Positions 8,060-19,138 of a DNA stretch of 30,497 nucleotides are shown here, piece after piece (position 1 is the stretch's first letter; every line of letters starts with the position of its first letter). This stretch comes from Desulfuromonadales bacterium. Its GTDB lineage: Bacteria; Desulfobacterota; Desulfuromonadia; Desulfuromonadales; SZUA-540. The notes beneath the pieces were generated by a model. It made no database searches and was not told where the DNA came from. It saw only the letters and a program-made list of their open reading frames with translations. The translations under genes were made by a program, and so were the position numbers. The stretch lies in the NCBI GenBank assembly GCA_033549025.1, contig JAWSUS010000030.1:1-30497 (forward strand). Reading direction: 5' to 3'.

Positions 8060-9307
8060 GTGACTCACGAACATGGTGGAAATGGGCAGCTTAGCTGTTC
8101 GTTTTGCGGCAAGGCCCAGGATGAAGTCAAGAAGCTCATTGCCGGGCCAGCGGTATATATCTGTGATGAATGCATCGAGCTGTGCCGCGACATCATTGCC
8201 GAAGAAGCCAAACTGGACGAATCGACCAGCGGAACCGAGCGACTGCCCCGGCCCAGCGAGATCAAGGATATCCTGGACGACTACGTCATTGGCCAGGAGC
8301 GGGCCAAAAAGGTCCTGGCTGTGGCCGTTTACAACCACTACAAGCGTGTAGAGTGCTTCGGCAAGACCGGAGATGTCGAGGTCCAGAAAAGCAACATTCT
8401 GCTCCTCGGTCCTACTGGAAGCGGCAAGACGCTTCTGGCTCAGACGCTCGCCAAGGTTCTCAATGTCCCCTTTGCCATCGCCGATGCGACCAATCTCACG
8501 GAAGCGGGCTATGTCGGTGAGGATGTGGAAAACATCATTCTCAATCTTCTGCAGGCTGCCGACTACGATCTGGAAAAGGCACAGCGGGGCATCATCTATA
8601 TCGACGAAATCGACAAGGTTGCGCGCAAATCCGATTCACCCTCCATCACGCGGGATGTCTCCGGTGAGGGAGTGCAGCAGGCCCTGCTCAAGATTATCGA
8701 AGGGACCATGGCCAGTGTACCTCCCAAGGGGGGGCGTAAGCATCCGCAGCAGGAATTTCTCAAGGTGGATACGACCAATATCCTCTTTATCTGTGGCGGC
8801 GCTTTCTCCGGTCTCGACTCGATTGTCGCCCAGCGGATAGGGGCCAAAACGATGGGGTTCGGTGCGCAGGTGCGTAACCGCAAAGAAGAAAACCTCGGTG
8901 AGCTGCTGGCCCAAATCGAGCCTAGCGACTTGCTGAAATTCGGTCTCATCCCTGAGTTCATTGGTCGACTCCCCGTGGTGGCCACCCTTAATGAGCTTGA
9001 TGAAGAATCCCTGATTCAGATTCTCAAGGAGCCCAAAAACGCCCTGGTGAAGCAATATCAGAAGCTCTTTGAGATGGAAAAGGTCAATCTGAAGTTTACT
9101 GATGGGGCTCTGGTGGCTGTTGCCCGTGAAGCGATCAAGCGCAAAACGGGCGCCCGGGGATTGCGCTCCATTCTGGAAAACGCCATGCTTGATGTTATGT
9201 ATGATATCCCGGCCCAGGACCGCGCCAAAGAAGTGGTCATCAACGAGGATGTCATCGAGAATAAAGCCAAGCCGATAATTCTTTATGAATGTGCCGAATC
9301 CGCCTGA
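8060..9307 (+). CDS. clpX: Clp protease ATP-binding subunit ClpX
   Basis: CSFCGK...CDEC zinc finger, [32 protein letters not shown] start with GGAGG. Confidence 0.99.
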   Translation: MTHEHGGNGQLSCSFCGKAQDEVKKLIAGPAVYICDECIELCRDIIAEEAKLDESTSGTERLPRPSEIKDILDDYVIGQERAKKVLAVAVYNHYKRVECFGKTGDVEVQKSNILLLGPTGSGKTLLAQTLAKVLNVPFAIADATNLTEAGYVGEDVENIILNLLQAADYDLEKAQRGIIYIDEIDKVARKSDSPSITRDVSGEGVQQALLKIIEGTMASVPPKGGRKHPQQEFLKVDTTNILFICGGAFSGLDSIVAQRIGAKTMGFGAQVRNRKEENLGELLAQIEPSDLLKFGLIPEFIGRLPVVATLNELDEESLIQILKEPKNALVKQYQKLFEMEKVNLKFTDGALVAVAREAIKRKTGARGLRSILENAMLDVMYDIPAQDRAKEVVINEDVIENKAKPIILYECAESA

Positions 9308-9340
9308 CAGGCGTTCGGACGATAATCATGATGAGCTACT

Positions 9341-11755
9341 ATGACTGATTTTCATGAGCATCCCAGGGACATAGATGAAGCTTCCGAGCTTTATCCGCTG
9401 CTTCCTCTGCGGGATATCGTCATCTTTCCTCACATGGTCACGCCGCTCTTTGTCGGCCGGGCCCGTTCCATCCGCGCGCTTGAAGGCGCGATGGAAAAGG
9501 ACAAGATGGTCTTTCTGGCGACCCAGAAAGACCCCAAGATCGACGAACCCGAAGAGGCAGACATCTATGCCGTGGGCACTCTCGGCCAGGTGGTTCAACT
9601 TCTTAAGCTTCCCGATGGCACGGTCAAGGTGCTCATCGAAGGTAAGCAAAGAGGGCGCATCACGCGTTTTGTTGAGCAGGAGGACTGCTTTTTTGTCGAG
9701 GCGGACATCCTCGCCGATCAGGAGGCCGACTCTCCCGAAGTTGAGGCTTTGCTGCGAAGCGTTAAAGACACCTTCGAGAACTATGTCAATCTGAGCAAGA
9801 AAGTTCCCCCCGAATTGGTGGCCTCCATCGCCGGACTGACCGAGGCGGGTCGTCTTGCCGATACGGTTATTGCGCACCTCAACGTGCGTATTATCGACAA
9901 ACAGGATATCCTCTCGGTTGTTGATTCCCGTCAGCGTCTGGAAGCCCTTCTCGCCCTCATGGAGCGCGAAGTAGAAATTCTGCAGATTGAGAAAAAGATC
10001 CGCAGTCGCGTCAAAAGCCAGATGGAGCGGAGCCAGAAAGAATATTACCTCAACGAGCAGATGCGGGCCATTCAGAAGGAACTCGGCGAAAAAGACGAGT
10101 TCAAGCAGGAAAACCGCGAACTCGAAGAAAAGATTCATAAAAAGCGCATGTCCAAGGAAGCCACAGACAAAGCTCTGGCGGAATTGCGCAAGCTTAAAAT
10201 GATGTCTCCCATGTCGGCCGAAGCCACCGTAGTGCGCAACTATATCGAGTGGCTGGTATCCTTGCCCTGGAAAAAAGGGACGAAGGACCGACTGGATCTG
10301 GGTTACGCCGAAGGTATCCTTGAGGCCGATCACTATGGGCTGGACAAGGTCAAGGAGAGGATCGTCGAATATCTGGCGGTTCAGGCTCTGGTCAAAAAGA
10401 TCAAAGGGCCGATTCTTTGTCTGGTAGGGCCGCCGGGTGTGGGCAAAACGTCCCTGGGCCGCTCTGTCGCAAAGGCCCTGGGGCGAAAATTCGTGCGCAT
10501 CTCTCTTGGCGGCCTGCGGGACGAAGCCGAAATCCGTGGACATCGCCGTACCTATATTGGCGCCATGCCCGGAAAAATCATCCAGGGATTACGCAAGGCG
10601 GGTGTGAAAAACCCTGTCTTTCTCCTGGATGAAATCGACAAGATGAGCGCCGATTTTCGTGGCGACCCCTCTTCTGCTCTCCTTGAGGTGCTTGACCCTG
10701 AGCAGAACAATACCTTTGGCGATCATTTTCTTGACGTGGATTATGACCTTTCCACCGTCCTCTTTATTGCCACCGCCAATACCCTGCACGCCATTCCGCG
10801 CCCCCTGCAGGACCGCATGGAGGTCATCCGGATTGAAGGCTACACGGAGGAAGAGAAGCTGCATATCGCGCGTCAGCACTTGCTGAGAAAGCAGCTGGAG
10901 TCTCACGGCCTTACCGAAGATCAGGTCAGCTTCTCAGATACGGCTCTCTATGAAATTATCCGACGCTATACCCGGGAAGCGGGTGTCCGGAACCTGGAAA
11001 GGGAAATTGCCAATATCTGTCGGAAGGTCGCCCGTGAGGTCGTTCGTTCTAAAGATAAAAAGAAGCGCTTCAATATAGGTGCGCAGCAGGTCAAAAAATA
11101 CCTGGGTGTGCAGCGATTCAATTATGGCGTCAAAGAAGAGCGTGATGCCATTGGACTGGTTTCCGGCCTGGCCTGGACGGAAGTAGGTGGAGAACTTCTT
11201 ACCATCGAAGTCAGTGTGATTCCCGGGCAGGGAAAACTGACCATTACCGGTAAGCTTGGCGACGTCATGCGCGAGTCGGCCCAGGCCGCCGTCAGTTACG
11301 TGCGCTCCCGTTGGAGAGAACTTGGGCTTGAAAAGGATTTTTATCCTAAAGTGGATATCCATATCCATGTGCCTGAGGGAGCGATTCCCAAAGATGGCCC
11401 TTCCGCCGGGATAACCATGGCTACAGCCCTGGCTTCGGCTCTTACTGGCCGTCCGGTAAACAGGAGCCTGGCCATGACCGGTGAAATTACTCTCCGTGGA
11501 AGAGTGTTGCCCATTGGGGGGCTAAAGGAAAAACTTCTGGCCGCAAAACGCGCCGGCATTGAGAAGGTACTTATCCCCAAAGATAACGAAAAAAACCTGG
11601 AAGAGGTACCGCCGACTATTCTGAAGTCATTGGAGGTCGTACCTGTTGCCCATATGGATGAAGTCGTTTCAGAAGCTCTTTCGGGGCTGCCCATCAAGGC
11701 CGAAGAAGGGGATGAAAACTACGTTTCAGCCCCTGAAGAACCGGTTCGGCACTAA
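9341..11755 (+). CDS. lon: Lon protease
   Basis: LPLRD N-domain, [28 protein letters not shown]. Confidence 0.99.
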   Translation: MTDFHEHPRDIDEASELYPLLPLRDIVIFPHMVTPLFVGRARSIRALEGAMEKDKMVFLATQKDPKIDEPEEADIYAVGTLGQVVQLLKLPDGTVKVLIEGKQRGRITRFVEQEDCFFVEADILADQEADSPEVEALLRSVKDTFENYVNLSKKVPPELVASIAGLTEAGRLADTVIAHLNVRIIDKQDILSVVDSRQRLEALLALMEREVEILQIEKKIRSRVKSQMERSQKEYYLNEQMRAIQKELGEKDEFKQENRELEEKIHKKRMSKEATDKALAELRKLKMMSPMSAEATVVRNYIEWLVSLPWKKGTKDRLDLGYAEGILEADHYGLDKVKERIVEYLAVQALVKKIKGPILCLVGPPGVGKTSLGRSVAKALGRKFVRISLGGLRDEAEIRGHRRTYIGAMPGKIIQGLRKAGVKNPVFLLDEIDKMSADFRGDPSSALLEVLDPEQNNTFGDHFLDVDYDLSTVLFIATANTLHAIPRPLQDRMEVIRIEGYTEEEKLHIARQHLLRKQLESHGLTEDQVSFSDTALYEIIRRYTREAGVRNLEREIANICRKVAREVVRSKDKKKRFNIGAQQVKKYLGVQRFNYGVKEERDAIGLVSGLAWTEVGGELLTIEVSVIPGQGKLTITGKLGDVMRESAQAAVSYVRSRWRELGLEKDFYPKVDIHIHVPEGAIPKDGPSAGITMATALASALTGRPVNRSLAMTGEITLRGRVLPIGGLKEKLLAAKRAGIEKVLIPKDNEKNLEEVPPTILKSLEVVPVAHMDEVVSEALSGLPIKAEEGDENYVSAPEEPVRH

Positions 11756-11778
11756 GCCAAAATGCCCGAAATAATCTC

Positions 11779-11810
11779 TTGACACTGTTTTCCTAAGTCT
11801 GATATATATT
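11779..11810 (+). promoter_or_regulatory. Probable sigma70 promoter for hup
   Basis: TTGACA at 11779-11784 and a TA-rich -10 region (GATATATATT); exact register ambiguous. Confidence 0.5.
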
Positions 11811-11858
11811 ACGCGATTTCAGCGGGGCTTTGTTAAAACTTAAACTTGGAGGTATGTT

Positions 11859-12131
11859 GTGACGAAAGCTGATCTTGTAAATGCGATGGCCGAAAAGGCA
11901 GGACTGAGCAAAGCTGATGCCGAAAAGGCACTTAAAGCCTTTACCGATGCAGTGACCGATGCCCTTAAGGCCGGAGAGAAAGTGGCCCTGGTCGGCTTTG
12001 GAACCTTCAGTGTTGGTGAGCGTGCCGCTCGTACGGGTCAAAACCCCCAGACTGGCGCAAAGATCCAGATCGCCGCTGCCAAAATGCCTAAATTCAAGGC
12101 TGGCAAGGCTCTTAAAGATTCCGTAAACTAA
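11859..12131 (+). CDS. hup: DNA-binding protein HU
   Basis: [27 protein letters not shown] start with GGAGGT. Confidence 0.97.
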   Translation: MTKADLVNAMAEKAGLSKADAEKALKAFTDAVTDALKAGEKVALVGFGTFSVGERAARTGQNPQTGAKIQIAAAKMPKFKAGKALKDSVN

Positions 12132-12237
12132 ATTGGTTTGATACAAGACTAAGCAGCAAGTAGGAAACAAAAAATAGCGCTTCTAACGCCACTTTTCTCC
12201 TCACTGCCTATTTATTGTTTCCTATTTCTGTCTTTGC

Positions 12238-12314
12238 GGGGCTGTAGTAGAGTCGGTTACAACGCCGGCCTGTCACGCCGGAGGTCGCGGGTTCAAGTCC
12301 CGTCAGCCCCGCCA
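12238..12314 (+). tRNA. tRNA-Asp (GTC)
   Basis: Anticodon arm CCGGC-CTGTCAC-GCCGG; CCA end. Confidence 0.97.
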
Positions 12315-12321
12315 TTTATAC

Positions 12322-12397
12322 GGGCGAATAGCTCAGTTGGGAGAGCATCGGCCTTACAAGCCGAGGGTCACAGGTTCGAGCCCTGTTTCGCCCACCA
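12322..12397 (+). tRNA. tRNA-Val (TAC)
   Basis: Anticodon arm TCGGC-CTTACAA-GCCGA; CCA end. Confidence 0.97.
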
Positions 12398-12415
12398 GAT
12401 TTAAAGACAAACATT

Positions 12416-12492
12416 GGGGCTGTAGTAGAGTCGGTTACAACGCCGGCCTGTCACGCCGGAGGTCGCGGGTTCAAGTCCCGTCAGCCCCGCCA
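12416..12492 (+). tRNA. tRNA-Asp (GTC), second identical copy
   Basis: Same 77-nt sequence as 12238-12314. Confidence 0.97.
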
Positions 12493-12496
12493 GAAT

Positions 12497-12527
12497 AAAA
12501 AAGACGCCTTTAAGGGGCGTCTTTTTT
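12497..12527. terminator. Bidirectional intrinsic terminator
   Basis: AAAAAAGACGCCTT-TAA-GGGGCGTCTTTTTT between the convergent tRNA cluster and GGDEF gene. Confidence 0.9.
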
Positions 12528-12549
12528 ATTTTCTATGTTTGTGTAGTCC

Positions 12550-13707
12550 TTAAGGCAAATCCGGCTTGGCCACGTTGAGACGGTTACCACCTTGGTGTTT
12601 AGCGGAATACATGGCGAAGTCGGCTTGCGTAAATAGCAGGTCGATTATGTATTCAGCCTCCCTTCTTTTCTTGCTGTCCAACTCCTCTTCCTTTAACGAA
12701 ACCAGCCCTAAACTGGCAGTCATGGAAAATGATTCCCCGTTGGCAGTAAAGGGAACCTCGGCAATGGTTTCCAGAAGGCGTCCAGCCAGGAGCTTTGCCC
12801 CTTCTTCATCTGTTTCAGGCAAAATAATGGCAAACTCTTCACCGCCAACCCTGGCAAGTAGATCCGTATCTCGCAACATTTGGTTGAGTTTCTTGCTGAT
12901 GCCCTGCAGCACCTGATCCCCCACCTTGTGCCCATAACGGTCGTTTATGCTTTTAAAACGATCCAGATCCAGCAACATAAGGGAGAAGGGATGATGATAA
13001 CGGATAGCCCGATTGAGGATATTTTTCCCTTCAAGGAAGAAAAAGCGACGATTGTAGAGCTCCGTTAGTTCGTCCACGAGAGAGAGCTTTTTATAGTGGG
13101 TTTTGAGTTCGGTTGTCTCGTCGAGAAGATTTTCCAACTCCTGCGTGCGCGCTTTTACCTGTTCGTTCATATTGTTGAGCAGGCGGTGCGTCGTGATGAG
13201 TTGGCCCACAAAGGAGGAAAATAGCGGCAATAAGCGAATGTGCCATTCGTTAAAGAAGTTAGCCTGAGGATGAGACAGAACGATTACCCCAAGCTTTTCT
13301 TGCCCAGAGAGGATCGGTGTACACAGCAATGAGAATTCCTGTGAGGATTCGACTTCTTTGGTCGTCGTATTCTCAATCTGGGCTGATTCCATGATACGTT
13401 TCAGTTGTTCCTGATCTAGAACTGGTTTTTGGACAGCAAGATCGATTTTCGCCGCGTGAGGCATTAGCTCAGACCAGGCACAAGAAGCCGCTTCTGTCAG
13501 TTCTCCCTGTTCAGCAAGGAAAATGGATCCGAAAGCAACGCCGAAGTGGTCGATGAGTGTCTCCAGGGCAGGTTTGAGCCATTGGTCTTGATCTACTACT
13601 TCCGGTCTTATTTGGCTGAGATCCTGTAACGTTGAAAGGGCGGCCAGCATTTGATCGAAGTGTGCTGCCATATTATTCAGCGCATACGCCAGAGAAGCTT
13701 GCTTCAT
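12550..13707 (-). CDS. Diguanylate cyclase (GAF-like domain, coiled coil, GGDEF)
   Basis: DELTELYNRR, DLDRFKSINDRYGHKVGD, RxxD I-site (RDTD), GGEEF, ADFAMYSAK. Confidence 0.92.
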   Translation of the reverse strand: MKQASLAYALNNMAAHFDQMLAALSTLQDLSQIRPEVVDQDQWLKPALETLIDHFGVAFGSIFLAEQGELTEAASCAWSELMPHAAKIDLAVQKPVLDQEQLKRIMESAQIENTTTKEVESSQEFSLLCTPILSGQEKLGVIVLSHPQANFFNEWHIRLLPLFSSFVGQLITTHRLLNNMNEQVKARTQELENLLDETTELKTHYKKLSLVDELTELYNRRFFFLEGKNILNRAIRYHHPFSLMLLDLDRFKSINDRYGHKVGDQVLQGISKKLNQMLRDTDLLARVGGEEFAIILPETDEEGAKLLAGRLLETIAEVPFTANGESFSMTASLGLVSLKEEELDSKKRREAEYIIDLLFTQADFAMYSAKHQGGNRLNVAKPDLP

Positions 13708-14588
13708 TATTTACCCCCTGCCAGAAGTTCGGCCATTGCGGCAAGTTCATCCCGCTTTGACGAGAGAGCTGAGAGCTGTTTTTCAACGTCTTGTCGTTGC
13801 AATGGGAGTTTGCTCGGCAAACTGTCAGGCAACTCGAGCGTTTTTTCTGGGGAATAGAGATGCCCAGCCAGACGACAGCTCAGCCCGGTCAGTAACACCA
13901 GTTCCTGGTGGGGACCGTGGTAGAAGGGGTCGTCGTGGAAGGATATGGCTCTGACCAGGTTGTCGGGCAGGCCCCAGCGTCTAGCCAGCCAGCCGCCGAC
14001 GATGAGGTGATCAATGCCAAGAAGTTCACGGGTTTTTGTTCGCAGCGAACCTTCCGTTTTGTCGGCAAAAATCTTCTCGAGCTGATCGGGGAATGTGTTG
14101 ACCAGAGCGAGAATGCCAAAGTTATGCAGAAGCCCTGCCGTGTAGGCTATCCCGGCGCTGGGGCTGTGCACACCGGACAAATGCGGGGCCAGGCTTTGTG
14201 CAATGGAGGCACAGGCCGAGGATCTGAACCAGTGGCGCTTCTGGTCGAACCCGGGGCATGTCTTCTGAAATGTTTTACCAACCGCCATGGCGAGCATCAG
14301 ACTTTTGGTCAGGGAAAGCCCAAGGACGCGGATGATCGCCTCTTTGGGTGTTTCGATGTGACGTCGGTGTCCGTAATAGACGGAGTTGGCATAGCGCAGA
14401 ATGCGCATGGTGATTTCGGGACTTTTTTCTATGATTTCGACGACGCTGTCCAGTTCCACCTGGTCGTCGCTGGTAATGGCAAAAATCTCCGCTGCCAGCC
14501 CGGTCGGGGCGGGCATCTCCTGCAGGTAGAGGAGCCTTTCTTTGGCAATGGCAGAAAGATCGGATTGGTTGTTCTGATTCGTAAACAA
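13707..14588 (-). CDS. HDOD domain protein
   Basis: ILRYANSVYY, EAIIRVLG, AYTAGLLHNFG, HLIVGGWLARRWGLP; TTG start. Confidence 0.9.
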   Translation of the reverse strand: MFTNQNNQSDLSAIAKERLLYLQEMPAPTGLAAEIFAITSDDQVELDSVVEIIEKSPEITMRILRYANSVYYGHRRHIETPKEAIIRVLGLSLTKSLMLAMAVGKTFQKTCPGFDQKRHWFRSSACASIAQSLAPHLSGVHSPSAGIAYTAGLLHNFGILALVNTFPDQLEKIFADKTEGSLRTKTRELLGIDHLIVGGWLARRWGLPDNLVRAISFHDDPFYHGPHQELVLLTGLSCRLAGHLYSPEKTLELPDSLPSKLPLQRQDVEKQLSALSSKRDELAAMAELLAGGK

Positions 14589-14597
14589 GGTAGCCCC

Positions 14598-16505
14598 CTA
14601 ATTATTCTCTGCCGAATGGACGGTGGTCGCAGGTGTGCCGAAATACTCGAGTATCGTTTGAGATATCCCCTTGGCATCGAGGCCGTAAAGGGCGCGTAAT
14701 TCTGTCTGGCTGCCCTGTTCAATAAATTTGTCCGGCAGGCCCAGGCGAAGAACACGGGCGGTGATGCCTTCATCGGCCAGCAATTCGAGCACGGCGCTGC
14801 CAAATCCGCCTTGCAGGACGTTTTCTTCCAAGGTGACGACAAGACCGGTGCGAATGGCTTCACTGGTGAGTAATTCCCGGTCCAGGGGTTTGATGAATCG
14901 GGCATCAACGACCGCCAGGCTTATTTCGTGCGGCAGTAAGGCTTCAGCGGCCTTGAGGGCCTCTTCGACCATGACGCCGATGGCAAAAATGACGCCATCG
15001 GCTCCGTCGCACAATTTTTCACCTTGACCGATGGCCAGCGGTTCAACAGTCGCCGCTGGGTCCAGGCCCAGACCGTTGCCACGAGGGTAGCGGTAGGCGA
15101 ACGGCCCTTCGTGCAAGAGGGCGGTTTTCATGACGCGGCGCAGTTCATTTTCGTCTCTAGGGGCGGCAAAGGTGAGATTGGGCAGATTGCGCAGAAAGGA
15201 AAGATCAAAAACGCCATGATGTGTCGGACCATCGGCGCCGACGAGACCGCCCCGGTCAAGGGCAAAGGTAACGGGCAGATTTTGCAGGCAGACGTCATGG
15301 AGGACGTTGTCGTAGGCCCTCTGGAGGAACGTTGAATAGAGCGCGACAACAGGGCGCAGCCCTTTACAGGCTTGCCCGGCGGCAAAAGTGACAGCGTGCT
15401 GTTCGGCTATACCGACATCATAGAAGCGTTCGGGAAAACGCTCGGCAAATTCTTTGAGCCCAGTTCCCTCGAGCATGGCTGCGGTAATGGCGGTGATGCG
15501 AGGATCGGTTTGGGCCAGTTCGGCAAGATACTGACCGAAAACGGCCGTGTAGCTCTTGGCGCCGGACTTTTCTGCCGCGACGGCTCCGGTTTCCCGATCA
15601 AAGGGCCCGACGCCGTGGAAGAGCGCGGGGTTCGTTTCGGCTGGTGGGTAGCCCTTGCCCTTACGGGTGAGAACATGCACCACGATCGGCCCCTTCATCC
15701 TGGAGACGTTCTGAAACGTTTCCAGAAGATCCTCGAATTGATGACCATCAATCGGCCCGAAGTAATCGAAGCCGAAGGCTTCAAAAAGCATCCCCGGGGT
15801 GAGAAAACCTTTGAGGGATTCTTCGGCGCGGCGGGCCAGGTTCAACAGATCCTTGCCGAATCGCGGCACATGATTCAGGGCATTTTCGGTCTCTTTCTTG
15901 AAACGGAGGAAAAACTCGGAAGTCATTTTCCGGCTGAGGAAAGAGGAGAGGGCGCCGACATTGGGCGATATGGACATCTCGTTGTCGTTGATCACCACGA
16001 CGAGATTTTTCTTGAGGTGCCCAGCCTGATTCATCCCTTCAAACGCCAGTCCCGCAGTGAGCGAACCATCTCCGATGACGGCGACGACCTTTTCGTCGTC
16101 GTTTTTCAGATCGCGTGCGGCAGCCATGCCGAGTGCGGCCGAGATGGAGGTGCTCGAATGGCCGACATCGAAGCAGTCATGCGGACTTTCAGAACGCTTT
16201 GGGAAACCGCTGATGCCGTTTAGCTGACGCAAGGTCGTAAAACGATCAAGACGCCCGGTCAGCAGCTTGTGAGCGTAGGCCTGATGTCCCACGTCCCAGA
16301 GGATATTGTTGTCTGGCGTCGTAAAAACTCGCTGCAGGGCGATTGTCAGTTCGACGACCCCCAGGGAGCTGGCCAGATGCCCGCCAGTTTGAGAGACCGT
16401 GCCGATGATCTCTTCCCGGATTTCCTGGGCCAGGGTTGTTAACTCCGTAAGAGAGAGATCTTTTAATTCCGCGGGAGATTCCAGTCTTTCCAGAATGCGA
16501 CTCAT
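14598..16505 (-). CDS. dxs: 1-deoxy-D-xylulose-5-phosphate synthase
   Basis: [47 protein letters not shown]; start 16505 has GAGGA (alternative 16517). Confidence 0.98.
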   Translation of the reverse strand: MSRILERLESPAELKDLSLTELTTLAQEIREEIIGTVSQTGGHLASSLGVVELTIALQRVFTTPDNNILWDVGHQAYAHKLLTGRLDRFTTLRQLNGISGFPKRSESPHDCFDVGHSSTSISAALGMAAARDLKNDDEKVVAVIGDGSLTAGLAFEGMNQAGHLKKNLVVVINDNEMSISPNVGALSSFLSRKMTSEFFLRFKKETENALNHVPRFGKDLLNLARRAEESLKGFLTPGMLFEAFGFDYFGPIDGHQFEDLLETFQNVSRMKGPIVVHVLTRKGKGYPPAETNPALFHGVGPFDRETGAVAAEKSGAKSYTAVFGQYLAELAQTDPRITAITAAMLEGTGLKEFAERFPERFYDVGIAEQHAVTFAAGQACKGLRPVVALYSTFLQRAYDNVLHDVCLQNLPVTFALDRGGLVGADGPTHHGVFDLSFLRNLPNLTFAAPRDENELRRVMKTALLHEGPFAYRYPRGNGLGLDPAATVEPLAIGQGEKLCDGADGVIFAIGVMVEEALKAAEALLPHEISLAVVDARFIKPLDRELLTSEAIRTGLVVTLEENVLQGGFGSAVLELLADEGITARVLRLGLPDKFIEQGSQTELRALYGLDAKGISQTILEYFGTPATTVHSAENN

Positions 16506-16523
16506 AGCTTTCCTCATCTATCG

Positions 16524-17414
16524 TTAGCTGGAGCGGTCCACAATGAAACGGGCAATTGCTCGCAGCGGCTCAGCGCGAAGATCGAACAGGTCAAGGGCTT
16601 CAATGGCCAGGTCTTTAAGTTCCTGGGCACGGCGCTGTGCTTCTTCCAGTCCCATAAGGGCAGGGTAGGTCGCTTTGCCGCGGGCCTGATCGCTGCCAAC
16701 ATCCTTGCCGAGAACTTCCTGATCGCCAATGACGTCGAGAATGTCATCGGCTACCTGAAAAGCCAGGCCGGCGGTTTCTCCATAGCGGCTGAGGGCGTCA
16801 AACTGGTCCTGACTGCCACCGCCCAGGAGGGCGCCGCACTGGAGGCTGGCGAGAATAAGAGCGCCGGTCTTGTGGGTATGGATATATTGCAGGGTGGGCA
16901 GGTCGATGTCGCGCCCCTCTGCTTCCATGTCCACCACCTGCCCGCCTACCATCCCCATGGAACCGGCACATCGCGCCATGATGTTGAGGACCTGCAACCG
17001 AATTTCGGCGGCGATGTTCTCGGCGCTTTCCGAGGCGGAGAGCAGATTGAAAGCTTCGGTCAGAAGGGCGTCCCCGGCCAGAATGGCTGTGGCGTCGCCA
17101 AAAACCTTGTGGTTGGTGGGCCGGCCGCGGCGAAAATCATCGTCGTCCATGGCGGGCAGATCGTCATGAATCAGGGAATAGGTGTGGATCATCTCCATGG
17201 CGCAGGCTGCCGGCAGGACAGCTTCGATATCGCCCCCTACCGCTTCACAGGCAGCGATCATCAGTATGGGGCGCACCCGTTTGCCGCCGGCAAAGACCGA
17301 GTAGCGCATCGCTTTATGAAGCTGCGCCGGCAAGGTTTCTTCGCCGGGAAGGTAGCGGGAAAGGGCCGCGTCAACCCTCTCCTGATGAGTTTTCAGATAG
17401 GCTTTGAGATCCAT
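16524..17414 (-). CDS. ispA: Farnesyl/geranylgeranyl diphosphate synthase
   Basis: GGKRVRP, LIHDDLPAMDDDDFRRG, FQVADDILD; xseB-ispA-dxs order. Confidence 0.96.
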   Translation of the reverse strand: MDLKAYLKTHQERVDAALSRYLPGEETLPAQLHKAMRYSVFAGGKRVRPILMIAACEAVGGDIEAVLPAACAMEMIHTYSLIHDDLPAMDDDDFRRGRPTNHKVFGDATAILAGDALLTEAFNLLSASESAENIAAEIRLQVLNIMARCAGSMGMVGGQVVDMEAEGRDIDLPTLQYIHTHKTGALILASLQCGALLGGGSQDQFDALSRYGETAGLAFQVADDILDVIGDQEVLGKDVGSDQARGKATYPALMGLEEAQRRAQELKDLAIEALDLFDLRAEPLRAIARFIVDRSS

Positions 17415-17436
17415 GCGGACTCCGGTCTATAAAGAA

Positions 17437-17667
17437 TTATTCCGTTTTGTCGAATGGCTCGGTGGAAAAGTGTCCTTCCTTGTCCTTCATGAGGAGTTCG
17501 ACTTTGGTTTCCACGTCCTTGAGATATTTTTGACACTGCTTGGCGCTGATCATGCCGGCCTCGAAACTTTCGAGGGCCTCTTCCAGGGCGAGATCACCGC
17601 TTTCCAGGCGTTCCACCGCCTTTTCCAGATTTTTCAGGGCTTTTTCAAAAGAATCCTTTTTGGCCAT
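17437..17667 (-). CDS. xseB: Exodeoxyribonuclease VII small subunit
   Basis: SFEKALKNLEKAVERLESGDLALEEALESFEAG; ATG 17667 with GAGGGAG. Confidence 0.95.
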   Translation of the reverse strand: MAKKDSFEKALKNLEKAVERLESGDLALEEALESFEAGMISAKQCQKYLKDVETKVELLMKDKEGHFSTEPFDKTE

Positions 17668-17688
17668 TTTCTCCCTCACAAATGGATA

Positions 17689-17717
17689 ATTATCCCTGTG
17701 CTACCGGGATGAGTCAA
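17689..17717 (-). promoter_or_regulatory. Internal sigma70 promoter for xseB-ispA-dxs
   Basis: Minus strand TTGACT-N17-GATAAT about 20 nt upstream of xseB. Confidence 0.65.
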
Positions 17718-17907
17718 GATTTTTCGGGCCTGTAACGTCCTTCAGATCGAGGGATCGATGCGTATATCCCATCCGGCTAAATTCCGGGGCGGATAAGGGG
17801 CGCACACGCGCAAGAGAGAGTCCCCGGCGGCCGGCGTTTGGAAGGTAATTCATCTAAAAAATATCACCGTGAAAAACGGGTCCATAGGGGAAGCCGGCCG
17901 GTAGTCT

Positions 17908-19116
17908 TCACGGGGAAACCTTTTTAACTTGAACGATCGCGCTCCCTTGACCAAAACGGATGTTCAGCTGGTCTCCAGCCGTCAGTTCTTCGGCTCGGCG
18001 CACGATGTCACCCGTATCTTCCCGAAAGGCGATGGCGTAGCCCCGGGTGAGGGTTTTAAGGGGGGAAAGCGTATCCAGGCGCGCGACCGTAGCGGCCAAA
18101 TGACTTCCAGCCGTTTCCACTCTTCGGGCCATGGCCTTGGTCAGGCGCAGGCTGAGATTCTCCTGCTGCTGCTTCATCATCGCCAGGGACTGGGCCGGAG
18201 ATCGCAAACGTCTGGCGAGTCCATCGAGACGCTCCTGCATGAGGTGAAGCCGACCGCTCATCTGACTGGCCAGCCGCAGAATGAGATGATCCACATGCCC
18301 TTCCAGTTCCTGCCGGTTCTTGACGACAAGCTCTGCCGCGGCGCTAGGAGTTGGAGCGCGCAGATCGGCGACAAAGTCGGCGATGGTTACGTCAACTTCG
18401 TGACCGACGGCGGAAATGACGGGAATTTTCGAGGTATGAATGGCTCGGGCCACTTTTTCCTCGTTAAAGGCCCAGAGATCTTCCAGTGAACCGCCTCCCC
18501 GGCCGACGATAAGGACATCGGCAGTTCCCTGACGGTTCAGGTCGGCGATGGCTTCGGCGATTTCTCCGGCGGCCTCTTCTCCCTGCACTCGGACGGGCCG
18601 GAGCAGAACGCACAAGCCAACGCTGCGGCGGCGCAAAACGGTGAGGATGTCATGGATGGCTGCCCCGGTGGCCGAAGTGACAATACCGATAGTCTGCGGG
18701 AAGGAGGGGAGGGGGCGTTTGCGTTGACTGTCGAAAAGCCCTTCAGCCATGAGTTTCTGCTTCAGCTGTTCGAAGGCCAGTTGGAGGCTGCCGAATCCTC
18801 TGGCTTCCATGGCTTCGACGATCAGCTGCAGGTCCCCTCGCTGAGTGTAGAGGGAGATTCGCCCGCAGCAGAGAACCCGACTGCCGTTTTCGGGTCGAAA
18901 TATCAGCGCTCTGGCCTGGGCGCGGAACATGATGCAGCGGATCTGGGCGTTTTCGTCTTTAAGGGAAAAATACCAGTGTCCCGAGGAGGCCGGCGTAAAG
19001 TTGGATATTTCCCCTTCAACCCAGACCTGGACAAAATTGTCCTCAACAGTCTCTTTGAGCAGGGCGTTCAGGCGGCTGACAGTCAGGATCTTTTCCGGGT
19101 GGGGCAAAATGCTCAT
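17908..19116 (-). CDS. xseA: Exodeoxyribonuclease VII large subunit
   Basis: VWVEGEISN, SGHWYFSLKD, GRGGGSLEDL, SAVGHEVD, RAPTPSAAAE; likely start 19116. Confidence 0.97.
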   Translation of the reverse strand: MSILPHPEKILTVSRLNALLKETVEDNFVQVWVEGEISNFTPASSGHWYFSLKDENAQIRCIMFRAQARALIFRPENGSRVLCCGRISLYTQRGDLQLIVEAMEARGFGSLQLAFEQLKQKLMAEGLFDSQRKRPLPSFPQTIGIVTSATGAAIHDILTVLRRRSVGLCVLLRPVRVQGEEAAGEIAEAIADLNRQGTADVLIVGRGGGSLEDLWAFNEEKVARAIHTSKIPVISAVGHEVDVTIADFVADLRAPTPSAAAELVVKNRQELEGHVDHLILRLASQMSGRLHLMQERLDGLARRLRSPAQSLAMMKQQQENLSLRLTKAMARRVETAGSHLAATVARLDTLSPLKTLTRGYAIAFREDTGDIVRRAEELTAGDQLNIRFGQGSAIVQVKKVSP

Positions 19117-19138
19117 AACAATATCTTGGGGTTGGAAG

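Noticed and set aside
9326..10543. 405-aa ORF antisense to lon
   Set aside because: Shadow ORF opposite a conserved gene.
12238..12492. Identical tRNA-Asp copies as attL/attR of an integrated element
   Set aside because: Both are full-length, only tRNA-Val lies between, and no integrase is present.
12550..13707. GGDEF protein as a Hypr-type cGAMP synthase
   Set aside because: It retains the Asp in GHKVGD; Hypr enzymes such as GacA have Ser/Thr there.
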